The position numbers and the translations under genes were made by a program. 64,000 nucleotides of DNA from Basidiobolus meristosporus CBS 931.73 (lineage: Eukaryota > Fungi > Basidiobolomycota): the NCBI GenBank assembly GCA_002104905.1, contig MCFE01000172.1:79667-143666 (forward strand). The letters are read 5' to 3'. Below, piece after piece: positions 39,540 to 53,178 of the stretch; within the stretch, counting starts at the first letter, position 1; each line of letters starts with the position of its first letter. The notes below the pieces were generated by a model, which saw only the letters and a program-made list of their open reading frames with translations, had not been told where the DNA came from and searched no databases.

Positions 39540-41039
39540 TTATTGCCCCTGGATGATGTCCAACAAGGTCTTCCCGGTCCCGGTCACCAGGGCCACCAAC
39601 CCGAAGCAAACCAATACTATTGCGGCAACATCGAAGGAGAGTTTTCCGGTCACCTGCTTGGCAGTGGTGGGTGCGACCAGTGGCTCGGTAGTGGAAGCAT
39701 CAGGGGCGACTCGAAGTCTCAGGAAATCGAATTGCTTACGGCGGAATGTGGCCAGATAGATCCCAGCAGGAACAAGATAGGCCAGGCCTGTGGCGCTGAA
39801 GGCACCAATGAGCTGATAGACCTTGCCAAGATTGGTAATGGAAAGCCCAACGAACAGGACGAACGTATAGAGCCCCATGGTCACGGAAAGATGCTGAGTA
39901 GAGGTTGGCTGCATATCTAGATCCTCGAACCCGAGGAGAACGTTCAAGGTGGATCGGGCAGGATAGAACAACATGGGATAGGTCAAGAACATGGTGATCA
40001 CCAGGCAGAGTCGGGCGAAATTGATGTATGGATCGGTGCTGGGGAAGTTCTTGAAAATGTTATCTTTCACATCGCTTCCAAATGACAGGTAGCCAATGAG
40101 GGCAAACGCGGTGTATATCAGGAATGCCCCTGCGATGGCAGACTTGGTGGTTTTGGACCACCTCTTGTCAGTTGGGTTGCGCAAGTCCATGAAATTCATG
40201 AAGCACGTTTGGGTGCATACAAATGCGAAGCTGATCACTCCGATGGCCGGGAAAAGGTTATCACCTACGAAGTTGTACTCGACCGTGTGTTTCCCGGCAT
40301 AGTATGGCGCACGTACGGCTACGGTTAATGAAATGATCGGAAGACACAAGATGGATATGATGGAGAATTTGGCCAAAGGAGCCATCGAGCGCCAGAAAAG
40401 CAGCGGCAAAATGAACAGGAAATTCGTGACAAGAATAGCCCCAGCGCGACTGTGGAGAAAAGTGAGGGAAGGCAAGTAGATGGAAGCAAGCAGGGGAACG
40501 GTATCCCCGATAACTGAAAACGGTCAAGATGAATCAGCCTCTGAGCCAAGAAAACTCGATATACAAAGGCAACTTACTGATAACATAACTGATGGTACTT
40601 CCTACACTTTGGGTCCATATCACCAGGTTCAGAAAGTAGAAACCAACATTTCCAAGAGTTTTTTTGGCCAACAAGTGGAACTGGTATATCCCAGTGCGAC
40701 GACCAGCCTGGACCAGAATTCGCAAGGCGAAATCGTTGATCACTGCCACAAATATCAGGACAAGAATGCCCGCAAAGAAGCCAGCATCCTTCAAAGCGAA
40801 AGGTAGCCCCAATATACCGGAGCCGATAATGGTGTTGAGCAAATTAAAGGCCACTATACGTGTGGGTCCTGATTAGTCATGGGTTCAGTGGGTGGTAAAG
40901 AGAGACACTAACCTTCGGTGATGCTGGACTCGCCACTACCTGGTTGACTAACCTCTGTAATTGGGTTAACCTCGCCACTGCTTACAGAGTTTGCAGCAAG
41001 ACCAGTGTCCGGCTTGGTTGGTTCTTTGGCAGTGTGCAT
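39540..41039 (-). CDS. Amino acid transporter, Avt2/SLC38A11-like, paralogue 1 (spliced)
   Basis: AFNLLNTIIGSGILGLPFA..GVISFAFVC..LTYPM; many TM segments; probable ATG at 41039. Confidence 0.9.
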
Positions 41040-42955
41040 TCCACTTCTAGGATACAAGAGATTGTGACTCAGAGGGGAGATACTCGCTTGGTTTATATTC
41101 GTTTTGTGTACACCAGTAGGAACTGGATTGGTGTTTCCAAATCAAGCCAGAGCTTCATGGACTAGAAGAATGATCGATCAACAGCATTAATAGGGAAACA
41201 CTAAGCTATATTCTATGTTTTAGTGGCTGGGGTAGCACACGCCTAAGATTGCACAGAGCTCTCCTCCAATTCAGTCGGCCAGAATGTGGATTAGTTATGT
41301 TGTGCTATGTGCACTAATGCATTTCCAAACATAAACGACACATCATAAACGCCGTGTCGGGAGCTGGAATTGGCGCTCGAGAGGTGAGTCCATGTGAACA
41401 AAGGGGATTAACCCAATGTTGCGGCATAGAAGGTCTTGCTTAGCAATACTTCGAAGGGAAAATCGATTGGTCCAGGGGCCGCAGCCGAAGCAAGCTTATG
41501 ATTAACGATATTAAGCTAGGCTTCAGCAATCAAGCCTAGTCATGCAAGAATTCCCCCGTATCACCTCATATTGATTGGGGCGGCTTACTTTCACTAAATC
41601 AATATTAATAATGTACATTCCGAGGCTCAGATGGGGTGGCCCCATATTTCTGAGCTTCAGGTGTTCTAATAGGGTACACCAAGCAACATATACGGCTGCA
41701 AGGAATATTACCAGACGGCTAATGAAATCTACATAGATTAATGGCTGGCACTATCTGGCATGACCAGCAGCCGCATGCCAACATTGGTGTGCTGATTGGC
41801 ATCGTGTGATATATAGGCGATATACGGGTATGTTTCAATCTTAGTGATGACTCATTGTTAGTACGCGTATCTGGTGCAAAGCAATGCCAGGATGGTGCCA
41901 TCCAGGGATTGAACATGGCTTTTAGCCTCAGGATTGCATGGCCTGCTAGACAAAACCACGGTATAGCACAGCCGCCGATAATCCCGAAATGAACAGAGCA
42001 ATTTATGGTCGCTACATAGGCCAACATCCACCCAGCGCTTGTGATATCCAGCCTTCCAAAAGCAGATGCTGCGAGTTACTATTTATGTGTGGTTCGTCTC
42101 GCACAACACAAACATAGAGGGTTCAATCAACCGCCGATGCTGGATTGGGTCGTTCATTAAACTTTACCCCTGTCAATCATCTTCTCAAATAAGAAAAACG
42201 CCCCAGATTTACCGGGTACTTTAGTGTGGGCGGATGCGGTCACACCTTCTTAAATATCAGCTGGAAGCTTCGCCACTACAGCGTCAAGATACCTGGGCTT
42301 TGTATCAGCCTATTATTATTGAGCATGAGTGAATAGTCTTTTCTAGAGATCATCAGAAGAGCGTTATTTCTGCTGTTCTGCAGTGGTAAAGTGACTTGTA
42401 CATCCTCATTTATTCCAAATTCAGCTCCAGTTTCGAAAATACGTCCTTCGGCTTGGATAATGTAGTCTTTCTACCCGCAAATACCAGTACTGGTACTACT
42501 GAATAATACTTTAGCTCCGTCCATAGAGTGTGGATTGCACAGATATGTTCACACCCACAACAATCACGTGTTCGATGGATGTCTCCCGTGATCCTTTTGG
42601 ACAGGGAAGAGCAGATGAGCGTATGGCTCTGGCTTCAGCTGATTCGAAACCTCGTTTCTCAGTATGTCGATTATAGCTTTTGTTTATTGAAGGTTGTGAA
42701 TAATATGGCTCTAGGATGAGTGAAGTATAACGGTACTTTGATTTATTGCATTCATAAACAGATCCTACCAACTGGCTAGCTTGGTTAGGTTAGTTAAGAC
42801 AACATGGCTATGTAGTACATATGAAATCAACAATTATAATAATACAAATTTGTAGCAATTTAAGCGAATCGTGCCTGTCGGTGAAGCGAAGATTGCCAGC
42901 GAACAACTAGACCTTGCCAACACCGGCTACGATCTCTGACACTGTGAAAGCACGA

Positions 42956-44605
42956 CTATTTTCCATTCAAGATGTCACTAACCGTGTGGGCGGTCCCAGC
43001 AATCAAGCTAATCAGTCCAACTATAAGTAGAACGCCACATCCAACTATGTCCAGTAAAGAAAAATCGCTTCCTTCAAGTCTCGAGGCAACAGGGCCTGGC
43101 TGACCGGGAAGGAGTGGAGTTTGAACGGTTGCTTCATTGTCTTTGTCGCTTAATCTATCTACTGTGTGACGAAGCTTACTCCATATCAACCGAGAGTTCC
43201 AGAATGTCGCCAAGAAAACTGCAGCTGGAACAAGATAGGATATCCCAGAGGCACACAAAGCTGATATCACAAGAATTACTAAAATGACAACAACACGGAC
43301 ATAAGCGAATTTCCATCTTACCTCCAATCACTTGGTAAACCTTGCCCAGATCGTGGATCAGGCAGGAGAGGAAGACAGAGAGGATAAAGAAGACTACGCT
43401 GATGGTGATATGTTCAAATCTGGTGGGGATTCTGGTGGGCGTTTGGCACTTAGTTACAACGTACACTATCTCGCGAGCTGGATAGAAAAGCATCGGGAAA
43501 GTGAACAATAAGGTTACAAATAGGCAGAACCGAGCAAAGTTGATATATGGATCATCTGCTGGGAAGTTCTTGAAGATATTGTCTTGAATGTCACTGCCAA
43601 ATGACATATACCCTACTACGGCGAACATAATATACAATCCGACGGAACCTATGACGGCGTTCCGAGTGGACTTAAGCCAGCGTTTGTCGGTGGAGTTCTT
43701 TAGAGATGCAAAGTGTAGAAACGCCGATTGATTGACGACGAAAGCAAAGCTCATGACACCTGAGGGTAGTGGGCGAAATGAGTGACAGGGATAGATACAC
43801 ATGCTCAATCAATCACATACCAATGGCTCCAAGAACGTTATCCCCGATGAAATCATAGGAAATATCATGCTCTGCTGCATATTTTGGGGCGCGAATAGCC
43901 ACCGTCAAAGAAATGATTGGTAGGCAGCATACAGACACAACGGAGAACTTAGCAAGCGGGGAGACCGTTCTGAAAAAGATCAAGGGCGCTATGAATATTG
44001 TGGAAAATAGAATGGCGTACACTCGGTTCTGCAGAATCTGGATTCCAGGAACGCTCATCGCTGCCAAGGGCGGGATGGTATCTCCGATGACTTCCGTACA
44101 AGTTAGTATCTTTTTGGAAGGCGAGAAGATAACCTCGGCCACTTACTAATCAGGTATGATACACAACTACCGATACAGTCGAACCACACAATGAAGTTCA
44201 AGAAATGATACCCCACTTGCCCAAGTGTCTTTTCGGCAAGATATGGAAATTGATATACACCCACTTTCCTTCCACTTTTGATCAAAGCGTTCATGGAGAA
44301 ATTTGTCAGCGCAGCAACACTTAATAAGATTACAATCCCCGCAAAAAAGCCTCCCTCCCTCATGGCGAACGGAATTCCAAGAATCCCACTGCCAATGACC
44401 GAGTTCAAGATATTGAAAGAAACTATGTTTTGATGAGTTAAGAAGTGAGCTGCGGCAAGAATAAGCGTCTCTAGATACCTGCAGTGGTACTAGAGGTTCC
44501 AGAATTCGGGACTGTATCCGCATCCTGTGTGCTTCTAGACTTGATTTGCTCTTCGGTTGAGCAACCACCCACCGAGGAAGTTGAGTCTGAAGCATTCGCC
44601 ATCAT
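42956..44605 (-). CDS. Amino acid transporter, Avt2/SLC38A11-like, paralogue 2 (spliced)
   Basis: SFNILNSVIGSGILGIPFA..GVMSFAFVVNQ..DDPYINFARF..FTFPM; colinear with paralogue 1. Confidence 0.9.
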
Positions 44606-47259
44606 GAAGAATAGGATGCGTGCAATCAATGGTGAAGCGACTTGAGATTATAAAATTCTGAGTTCAAATAGCTCAGGAGTACAAATAGCAAATTTCAAGC
44701 AGATTACAAGAGTCACGAGGTTTGATCAAAAGCCAGAGCAATCAATGTTTATATGCCAGAGTTTCATGGGACATGGAGGCCTGTGAGCTAGTAGGTCAGA
44801 ATTAATAAAGCATGATTCAATGTCTCAATGTGCCCGGATAGCCATGCGTCACACTGGGAACAACCACATGATGCCAGTATAAGAATATTGGCCAGTACAC
44901 GAATAAGCTCACGCAAGATGAGATGCAGACATATGGAAAGTAATTTTGCGAACAATAGAGATGACATGGATCGATTCCCTATAACTCGCTACGATAAGAG
45001 ATTTTGACTCGTATGTAAGCGCAAGTCTACCTCCTGAAACCCAACCTAGTCCTTTGATAGCAGAGCGGTTTTAGAATACCACCCAAGCTATCTTGGATCA
45101 AGGAAGGATCTTAAGCGAGATATCCTGAAATGGAAGACCATCCCAAAGCGGAACCCACACTCTACGACCAGCTTGGTAAGCACCTTGTGTGAGTCTGTTC
45201 GGGGAACGGTAACATACTTGCAGTTGACCGCATCTTTATCGAGTCACAAGAGTATGCAGTCTCCAACGCAGAATTACGCACATAGGTAAGCCCCATCGAT
45301 TTCGGTATAAATATAGACAATCATGCTGGGTCAAGATTGGGGGTTTCCGTGGTACTGTGCCAAATCTTGATGGCCGTTGGTCAGTTGCTACTGGCATATT
45401 AGGAAAATTTACCAAATAGATGGTGACTGTAAAGTACACTACTGCGGGTAACCTATGAATATAGACATGATCAAGGGACAACTAATGCGGCCTCTGGTAA
45501 GGCTGCTCAGTAGTCTAGGCCGCTTGGACTTGCTTGATAAAAAAACCCATTGCATTTCATATATGTCGGGTCTTCTCGTTCTAAAGTCAGTTCTTTGGAA
45601 TAAACTTGAATTCCAAATGCTTTTGCCAATATAAAGATTGCAGGGCAGCCGCGTCTGATAAGGTCCAGGAACTGTCCTCTCCACCTTATTGGTGATGGGA
45701 TTTAATGTGCGTAGATATCAATGGTTTATTCAGATAATAATCTGCGTAGCAATAATGGCAGGTTGCCTGATCCAACCGGCCCCCAAAATAATCCACCCTG
45801 CCGCCAGCATTTTCACATCACATTGAGAATAGTATGTGTCGTTGCTCGTTTTATTCGGGATGAATTGATTGGTGGGTTGGCGCATCAGGATGACCCAAAT
45901 TTCTTAGTTATCCGGCGGTGAAGGGACTCCGCTGGTATCTTGATATATCTTCTACTGAAAACGGAAGACCAACACTTCCCAGTGGGCAGGGAAAAGGAGG
46001 TACATTACGCCGACGTGCTCAAGATGATTAACAAAAGACTGTTCAAAAATTCAGCTCATCAAGATTCCCCCCGACATGCGAAGTAAGTCTCACCAACTTG
46101 ATAAGCGCTCACACACCATATCCCACACCTTGACTGCCAAAATAACGCCTTGTATTGTATAGTCACTTTACTGTATATTTCCCATATCCGGAAATATACG
46201 ACATAGTATTTCTTTTAATGGGCTCAGTATATACACTAAACCGAGACCAGATAAAGTCAAATTGGAAATTCTCAGCAATTGCCACCAATGGATCTGTGGT
46301 TATCGTTGAAGCGGGCATTAGTCCTGTATCACGCACCTATCGATCTTCTACAGCAAGATCATTTATATTGTTTGGTTCATTTGGTGATGGTACAAGCATT
46401 GTTATTAATCTCGTTTCGTGAGAACTAGAAATACACCACATGCCCAACAAGTGGAGCTTGGGTGGCAATTGGCCGCCGATTTTTCTTCACTTCCCCTGAT
46501 TTGTCCCGAAGCTCTCATAAAGGAAATCAAGGGAAATTGTTCTGTAGCTGATCGAGGGATTATCAGTATGCTCAGTGAAGAATCAGCATGAACCTTTTTG
46601 GTGATGAGAAATTTTTGACAAATTGCGGGATATACTTTCCCTGACGTTATTGAATACCCGCCATTTTAAATATACCAATGCCGGTACAGCTGGGCTATTT
46701 TTCCTGAGCCCTTATCGTGATCATGCACATAGAACAGTAGGGAGAAGGGTGAGTGAATTCTAATCAGTCTTACTGCTCCCTGGATATGTGGATTGCATTA
46801 TAGTGAATAGGTTCTATTTGAATATCAAGGGTTCTTTTTCGAGCAAACCGATTGTTCAGCCATATCCCCTCCGTGAATCTCGACCAAATCGTCCTGGGTG
46901 TACACAGAGTGCATGCACACACGTCAATAAAAATGGTTAAGACTTCTTTATGGCTTCGCGTGTACACAACCATAAACAAACAAATCTATCACCACGCGAA
47001 CCCTGCCAATCATCGCCAGCTATAATCTGACAAACCTATTGGCCAATGAAAGATCAGTAACCAACCATAAGCCTGAGAAATGTTGACAAATTGAATTGAA
47101 AGCCGAGACGAGAGTACTATATAAGAATTCTCAGTCTCTGGTAATAAGTAATATTTCGCAGTATCCAATATCCATTAAGAGTTTCTTCCACTTAAATTTC
47201 CTTAAACACAGTGCACGCATACACCACCCACACTCACTGACCAGCACTTCACCACCAGC

Positions 47260-48575
47260 ATGGGCCGTAAGAAGATCAAGGTCTATATCTTCTTTCCTTT
47301 CTCGAGTATGTTGCACATCCTAATCTCCCTCCTACAGATCAGGACCATTGAGAACGATCGCCAGAAGACTGTGACATTTACCAGAAGAAGAGGGGGATTG
47401 ATTAAAAAGGCCCACGAGCTTGCAGTTCTCTGTGAATGCAAGGTCGTTCTTCTCATGTTCGATTCCAAGGACGAATGCCATATGGTAAGAGTATCTAGTC
47501 TCCTCGCAGCGATGTCCAATTAAGCTAACCATGGCCCAAGTATTCTTCTGCGGAGAATCCTGATGAGTTGATCGGTAAATACTATAGCAAAGAGTTCCAT
47601 TCGGGTGAATCCAAGAAGCGAAAGTTATCCAGACTTGAAGAGTAGGAGATATTTAGCATATTAATCGACTGGTCATTCACTGACAACCCCACTAGCCCTT
47701 TTGCCGCCACCAATCTCGTGCAGGACAGTTTGGCCGATACCAAGCCTGTGGTCAATGAGTACAAGATAACGACGAATGGAGAAGGGTCCGAAAATATCCA
47801 GGTCAAGCAAGTCAAAGGCCCATCCAGCACCATGAACAATATCGGGATTAACGGGCAGCAATGTATTACATTCGAGCCTATAACAACAACGGCGGATGAC
47901 TTTATCCAATCGAATTCACCCATACCATTTAGCAGTTCCTGTGTATCCTCGGTAGCCGATGAGTCAGATGACCCACCATCTGATATTCTTCCAGATCAAC
48001 TTGCCTTTGGAGAACCCGATGCTGTGGTTAACACTCAACCAACAATACCTGCTACACCGTTCTTGAATATACCTGCAGTTGGGTCTTGTGTTTCTACCGG
48101 AGATGGGTTAATTTCTAACCTGACCCAACCATTTTGCTTCAAGCCTAATAGCTATCCCACCGCCACTCCCGGGAATATTGCTGATATTGTAGATCTATGT
48201 GGAAGTGCTACGACCTCACCCGGATCGGAGTCCCCGCCTGAAATGTTCCATATGTATCCCTCGAATGGGAATCATCAAAGGGCCGATTGCTTAGGTAAAT
48301 ATATGGTTTCCATAGCTGCCACGAAAATTTTAGAAAAGCAACTAACTGTTCGATATAACTCAGTAGAATTCGACCCGAGCATGCCACCCTTTCCAAAGGA
48401 GGTGCACCCGGTTCCCATAAGTGTTACAGGCTCAGCTCAATACTCTAACCAACTGGGTTACTTTCCAAATTTTGATCCAAACTCGATCAACCTTTGGGGG
48501 TGGCCTGGGGGAACGAAGGGATCGTTCAATCAAATGGTGTCGCCACTGTCTTTTGATATCTCCAAAGAAGGTTAA
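47260..48575 (+). CDS. MADS-box transcription factor, MEF2/Rlm1-type (spliced)
   Basis: MGRKKIK|IRTIENDRQKTVTFTRRRGGLIKKAHELAVLCECKVVLLMFD with an intron after codon 7; low-complexity C-terminus. Confidence 0.9.
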
Positions 48576-49685
48576 ACCTTTGCAATCGTCCTCTACCTCT
48601 ATTATTGTTATCCCCTCCCTTGTATAGTCTTCCGCTTCGTTTCTTTAGAATACCCCGCCAGCCCAATCCTCCCCTTTGCTTTCATCGAATCATTGTTACA
48701 TTTTAATTATCATCTAGCATAAATATATTATCCATTCTCCCTCCCCCCAGTTAGACGTATTCCCAATATCCAAAATTATACAGTTGTTGGTACTGGTCAG
48801 GTGCTTGGACGTTATGGATGCATGCTACAACTTCTGCATAACATATTTTATATTTCATTACATGTTATCTAATGTATCTATTATAAAACACCAAGCAATT
48901 GATGAAAACGTTAATGCTCCTTGGTATTTGTAGATCACTGAGTATAAGGGGGATGTTAGTTCGGATATGGGCGTAGGTCATGATAATTCGTCTTTGAATT
49001 TAGCGATTGTTTATTGCAACTCGTTGACATTCCATGCCACTCTTCACTGTTCCCGAGAGTGCGAGTGGAAAGTGAACTTGCCTCAAAGCTGCGGAACAAC
49101 ACTAACTACAGCTCGACTAGGATTACAGAATGGGCTTCGTGGATGTAGTTTGACCCAAGAGACATCACCCCTTTGAAACTACTGGCGTACAGTAATAATG
49201 AACTGCTATGTACAAACTGTTACTCAGAGTGAGTATCCTCGGTTAATTGTTTGATCTGAATCATCTGAACCTCTATATGCTGAGACATATAGCCAGTTTC
49301 TCATCTCAAGCTAAAGGATATTCAACAAGATTTGGCGAATGATCAAGTGTCGGATGGGTTTCAACTTCGGCAAACGGATGTGTTTCATAGATAATAATCA
49401 TGTGCTAAAGCCCTCAAGTTTGAATTGCTCATTATTACAAGTTTGCTTTATTCTATGTCGTTAAAATAAGTGTTTAGAGGTTGATTTGATGAGCAAGCTA
49501 GTCCTGTCCAATAATCCAACCGGTACGCTTACTCAATAATGCAAATGTAGTGGCACATGCCAGCCATCATGACTACTATATCAGATCCCAGGGGGTTTAC
49601 AATTAAGGAGTTGTAATGCATTACAGACTCTGCATAGGACAGCTAACGGATCTAACAGAAGAATAATATACATGTTTAGGGGTGT

Positions 49686-50465
49686 TTACTTTCTTTCACT
49701 GCGAAGGGTTTCAACCATCTTGAGGATACTGGCTTTTGCCAGAATGAGCGCTTCACCTCGTTTGATATTCTCTTTCAGCCGGTCAAAAAATGCCATTTGT
49801 GTCCCATCTTTGAAGCTTTCCACATATCGACAGCCTAATTCATAGCCTGGATTTAAAATTTTCTTGCCTTCAAAGGAGATTAATCAAGTATTCTAGATTT
49901 GTCCATTGGTGATTTCTTCAATACTTACAGTGGTCTCTGAGGAGATATAGAGAATTGCTAAGATCAATTCGTGTTTCACCTTGCACCCGTGTTAGTTGGT
50001 TTTGAACACTGGTGTTGTTAGGACTTATTTGAGTATGCTGGTTATCACTACTCTCGGAATACTGAAGACTAAGGGCCTTTAACAAGTTCCAGCTCGTTTG
50101 ATCCTTATGAAAAGTTTAGTTGAAAGCTTACAAATACGCGATTGATACAAATATTTTACCTCTTCTCTCAGTAGACATAGTGATTTGCAAGAATCTTGAC
50201 CATCCGATCCTTTAGAGCACCATTTGATGCACTTCTCGATAGATTGCTTTGAGGCCCTTTCTCTAACATCATAATTGGCGTGGTTTGAGGTTTGATTTTG
50301 TGTTTGTGATTCTTCGCTTAATAGATGGTCAAAGGAATTGGCAGGAGGCTCGGTTGTAAATGTGGGAAGTGCGGTAAACAGAGTAGGCTCATCAAATCTT
50401 CGGTTTGATTTCGAATGTCGAGATTGAAAAGGGTTTTCCTTTTGATGTTCCTTTGTTGAAGACAT
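49686..50465 (-). CDS. Hypothetical protein (spliced)
   Basis: MSSTKEHQKENPF..CIKWCS..CKSLCLLREE joined through plausible GT-AG introns to ..ILNPGYELGCRYVESFKDGTQMAFFDRLKENIKRG; stop at 49686. Confidence 0.5.
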
Positions 50466-51261
50466 GATTGTTGTGAATGTGAGGATGATATGGTAAGGTT
50501 GGCTTACCATCACTGCTTTTATAAGATAGAGATTCTAGATCAAATCAGGACTGCCTTGCGCCATTATATATCTTTATATTGATGATCACTGATAATAATT
50601 GGTTGATCGGGGACTGATCACGCCTCTTTTCAGTTGCTTTCACGGTGATTGTGTCATCGTATAGTAGGTTGGCAATAATCGGTATTATCAGATCACATGA
50701 CTTGTGGAAGGTGTGAATGTTTTAACCAGAGCCCGCTCTGTCATGGTTCCAGGGCCACAAAGAACATGGACAAATCCCTGCCATATACAGTGTGGTGGAA
50801 AGACATTATCGACTATCTACGGAGGAGCAAATCAAAGTTGGAGCAGAAGCATTTGAAACAAGCTGAGGCCACACAGGTATTATTAGGTATGGGCTAAATT
50901 TATGCTTATACGCAGCGCATCTGGTTGGCGAATTGGTCGGAAAAGCTGAGCTATTTCGCAGTCGTAGAATAACATATATTGGGGACCAGGGCGTTTAAGC
51001 CAATGCCCTAAAGCATCCTCTCGTCCATATGATGTAACTGATGGATAGCTATGTTCAATCAATTCAAAAATCATCCCGCAACAAAGTCCAGTTTGGGATG
51101 TAAATGGTATCAAACAGTGATCATAAACATGGACACCGGCCTCGGATGTTACACCAATGGTATGCTAGAAATGCGCGGTAGACTTTACACGAAATGGAAA
51201 GAACGGATCAGATGGGTCCTCTGATCCTGGTCGGGGTTGATCCAGATTTGCACCATTGTCA

Positions 51262-52334
51262 TCACACCAAACTTAACATTGATAAGCCTCGTTCCATGCA
51301 CTCACCAACGAATGTCAGCATATACTCGACAAGGAGAAGCAGTGTGAAGCAGTGTCTGTAGATCATGGATAAGGAAATGCTCTTTACACCGGGGGCTATA
51401 GGTATTGGCTCACAGGTGTCACTCAGTGAAACATCTATTGAATGGTCCTTGAAATGTAAATCTCTTCCGAAGTGGAAGATTGAGCACAATGTGATGAGGT
51501 CATATCGTCATTAGCATACCTCGTCTACTTACACTGCTGTGCCGTGAATTAGGCAAGTGCTCTCTTTGGTCAAACCAGTGACAGCAGCCATCACCACTAC
51601 AGGAGATGGGGCTCTGGTTGGATGCTCTAGCTTTTGCATGTGAAGGCGCTCGCGGGCTCTTTTGAACTGAACGCTAACCCACCGGATTGGGATTCTGGAT
51701 ATGGAATTCAATAGAAAATGCATTGTTGCGTGGTGTGTGTCAAAGCGAGCTTCCAGAGCTTCATTATTTGTGATGTAATATGATGCAATCCGCCATGCGT
51801 ACATACCTTGTATTCCGGTAGATAAAGGATCCTTGCGGGGTCTAATAAAATAGCGAATACAAAGCTTCAAAGGTCCACTCGACAGGGCGCCCGTGAATGG
51901 TTGCATCACCATACTCCCTGGTAACCTTGAGTACTTGGTATTCGAGGCTACATCACTCGACCTGGCGCTTAATTAAATGCTGTCGAATCATGGTATCTTG
52001 TTCCGAATACGGAATCTCAAGCCGTGTGTGGGTGATTTGCATTACTAAAGACGTATTTGTGATTAACTCTAGAATGCAAATCGTGATATTCATCAACGAG
52101 GGGCCAATCAATAGAATAAGAGATACTTTGGGGATTCCTGCTCATGGGGAACCGCAAGTACGGGTTGAAGTAGCTATTACCACGGCAACCAGCCAGACAC
52201 CATGAATCCGCATCATAAATGATGGAAAGCCTGGAGCTACCGGGACGACCATAATGCACACTATCTGATAGCTTCAATGGGGACAGAGCCTCTATAGACT
52301 TTCCTCTGCCTGAACAGACAGGTCGGCTAGTCAT
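51262..52334 (-). CDS. Probable spliced gene of unknown function (boundaries unresolved)
   Basis: Chain of minus-strand ORF fragments (105, 127 and 75 aa) with splice-like signals; no family recognised. Confidence 0.3.
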
Positions 52335-52770
52335 ACATATTCGCTTCTGCCTTCATATATTTGTCATACGTAACGTGAGAAACATTTGTGAGGCCAGGCT
52401 TGCCCTCTCCATTCGACATATCCCGTTGCACAGCACCTTTACACATTCCAGAGTTTTTCAATGCTGGTGTATGAAGGGGCCAGATACGATCAATAGATAC
52501 ACGATAATAGCAGTCGCACAGAAAGCATACTGCCTCACTGTTAGATACCCTCTAATAATGGAACCACCGCCATTCAATAATTACAGGCCGATTAATCAAT
52601 TTTCCGGAGTCGATAGCACTGCATATTCCTGATACTTGCATAAACGATATCTTGCTGAACATCATTTATTAAGTGAGAGCAATCCTAGACTTCGAATTGT
52701 TTCAATGAGTGCATTACTGTACCATCACTGGGGACGGCTTTTGTTGATGACACATAGACCAGGTAGATGA

Positions 52771-53178
52771 TTAATTGGCCTTCTTGCGGAAAGAACAGCC
52801 TTCAGTCAAACGAGCACGACCACCGGTAGGTTGGCAAAGAACGGTAGCGCAAGATCCGCAGAGGACGACAGTTTGAGCATGAGAGAAAACAGTAGTAATG
52901 TTGAAGCAACCAGGGCACTTAACGTCCATGAAGTAAGAGTTTGGAGATTGCACCAAGCGCTTGAGCTTGTGAGTATTCTTCTCGTGCTCAACAGTGGGAT
53001 TAAGGAGATCGACAGCCAACTAAAAACAAAGATTAGTTCACGATATTCCTCTCAATCCATTCAAGGAATCTATTCCATCCAGCCATCGACATCGGTAAGA
53101 GCTGGTGGCGGAGGCTCTATCGAGCCCGCCGCCAGTTGGTACTTAATGCTGCTGACCAAAAAATCTACTTACGACCAT
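52771..53178 (-). CDS. rps27: 40S ribosomal protein S27 (eS27), one intron at 53020-53172
   Basis: ATG GTC|gtaagt..tttag|TTG GCT gives [75 protein letters not shown]. Confidence 0.97.

Noticed and set aside
44700-47200. Short ORFs in a long intergenic region upstream of the MADS-box gene
   Set aside because: No recognisable motifs, repeats or terminal structures; likely non-coding regulatory DNA.
50697-50897. Possible CDGSH iron-sulfur protein (CECFNQSPLCHGS)
   Set aside because: Cys spacing and the terminal His do not fit the CDGSH consensus, and no convincing gene model was found.
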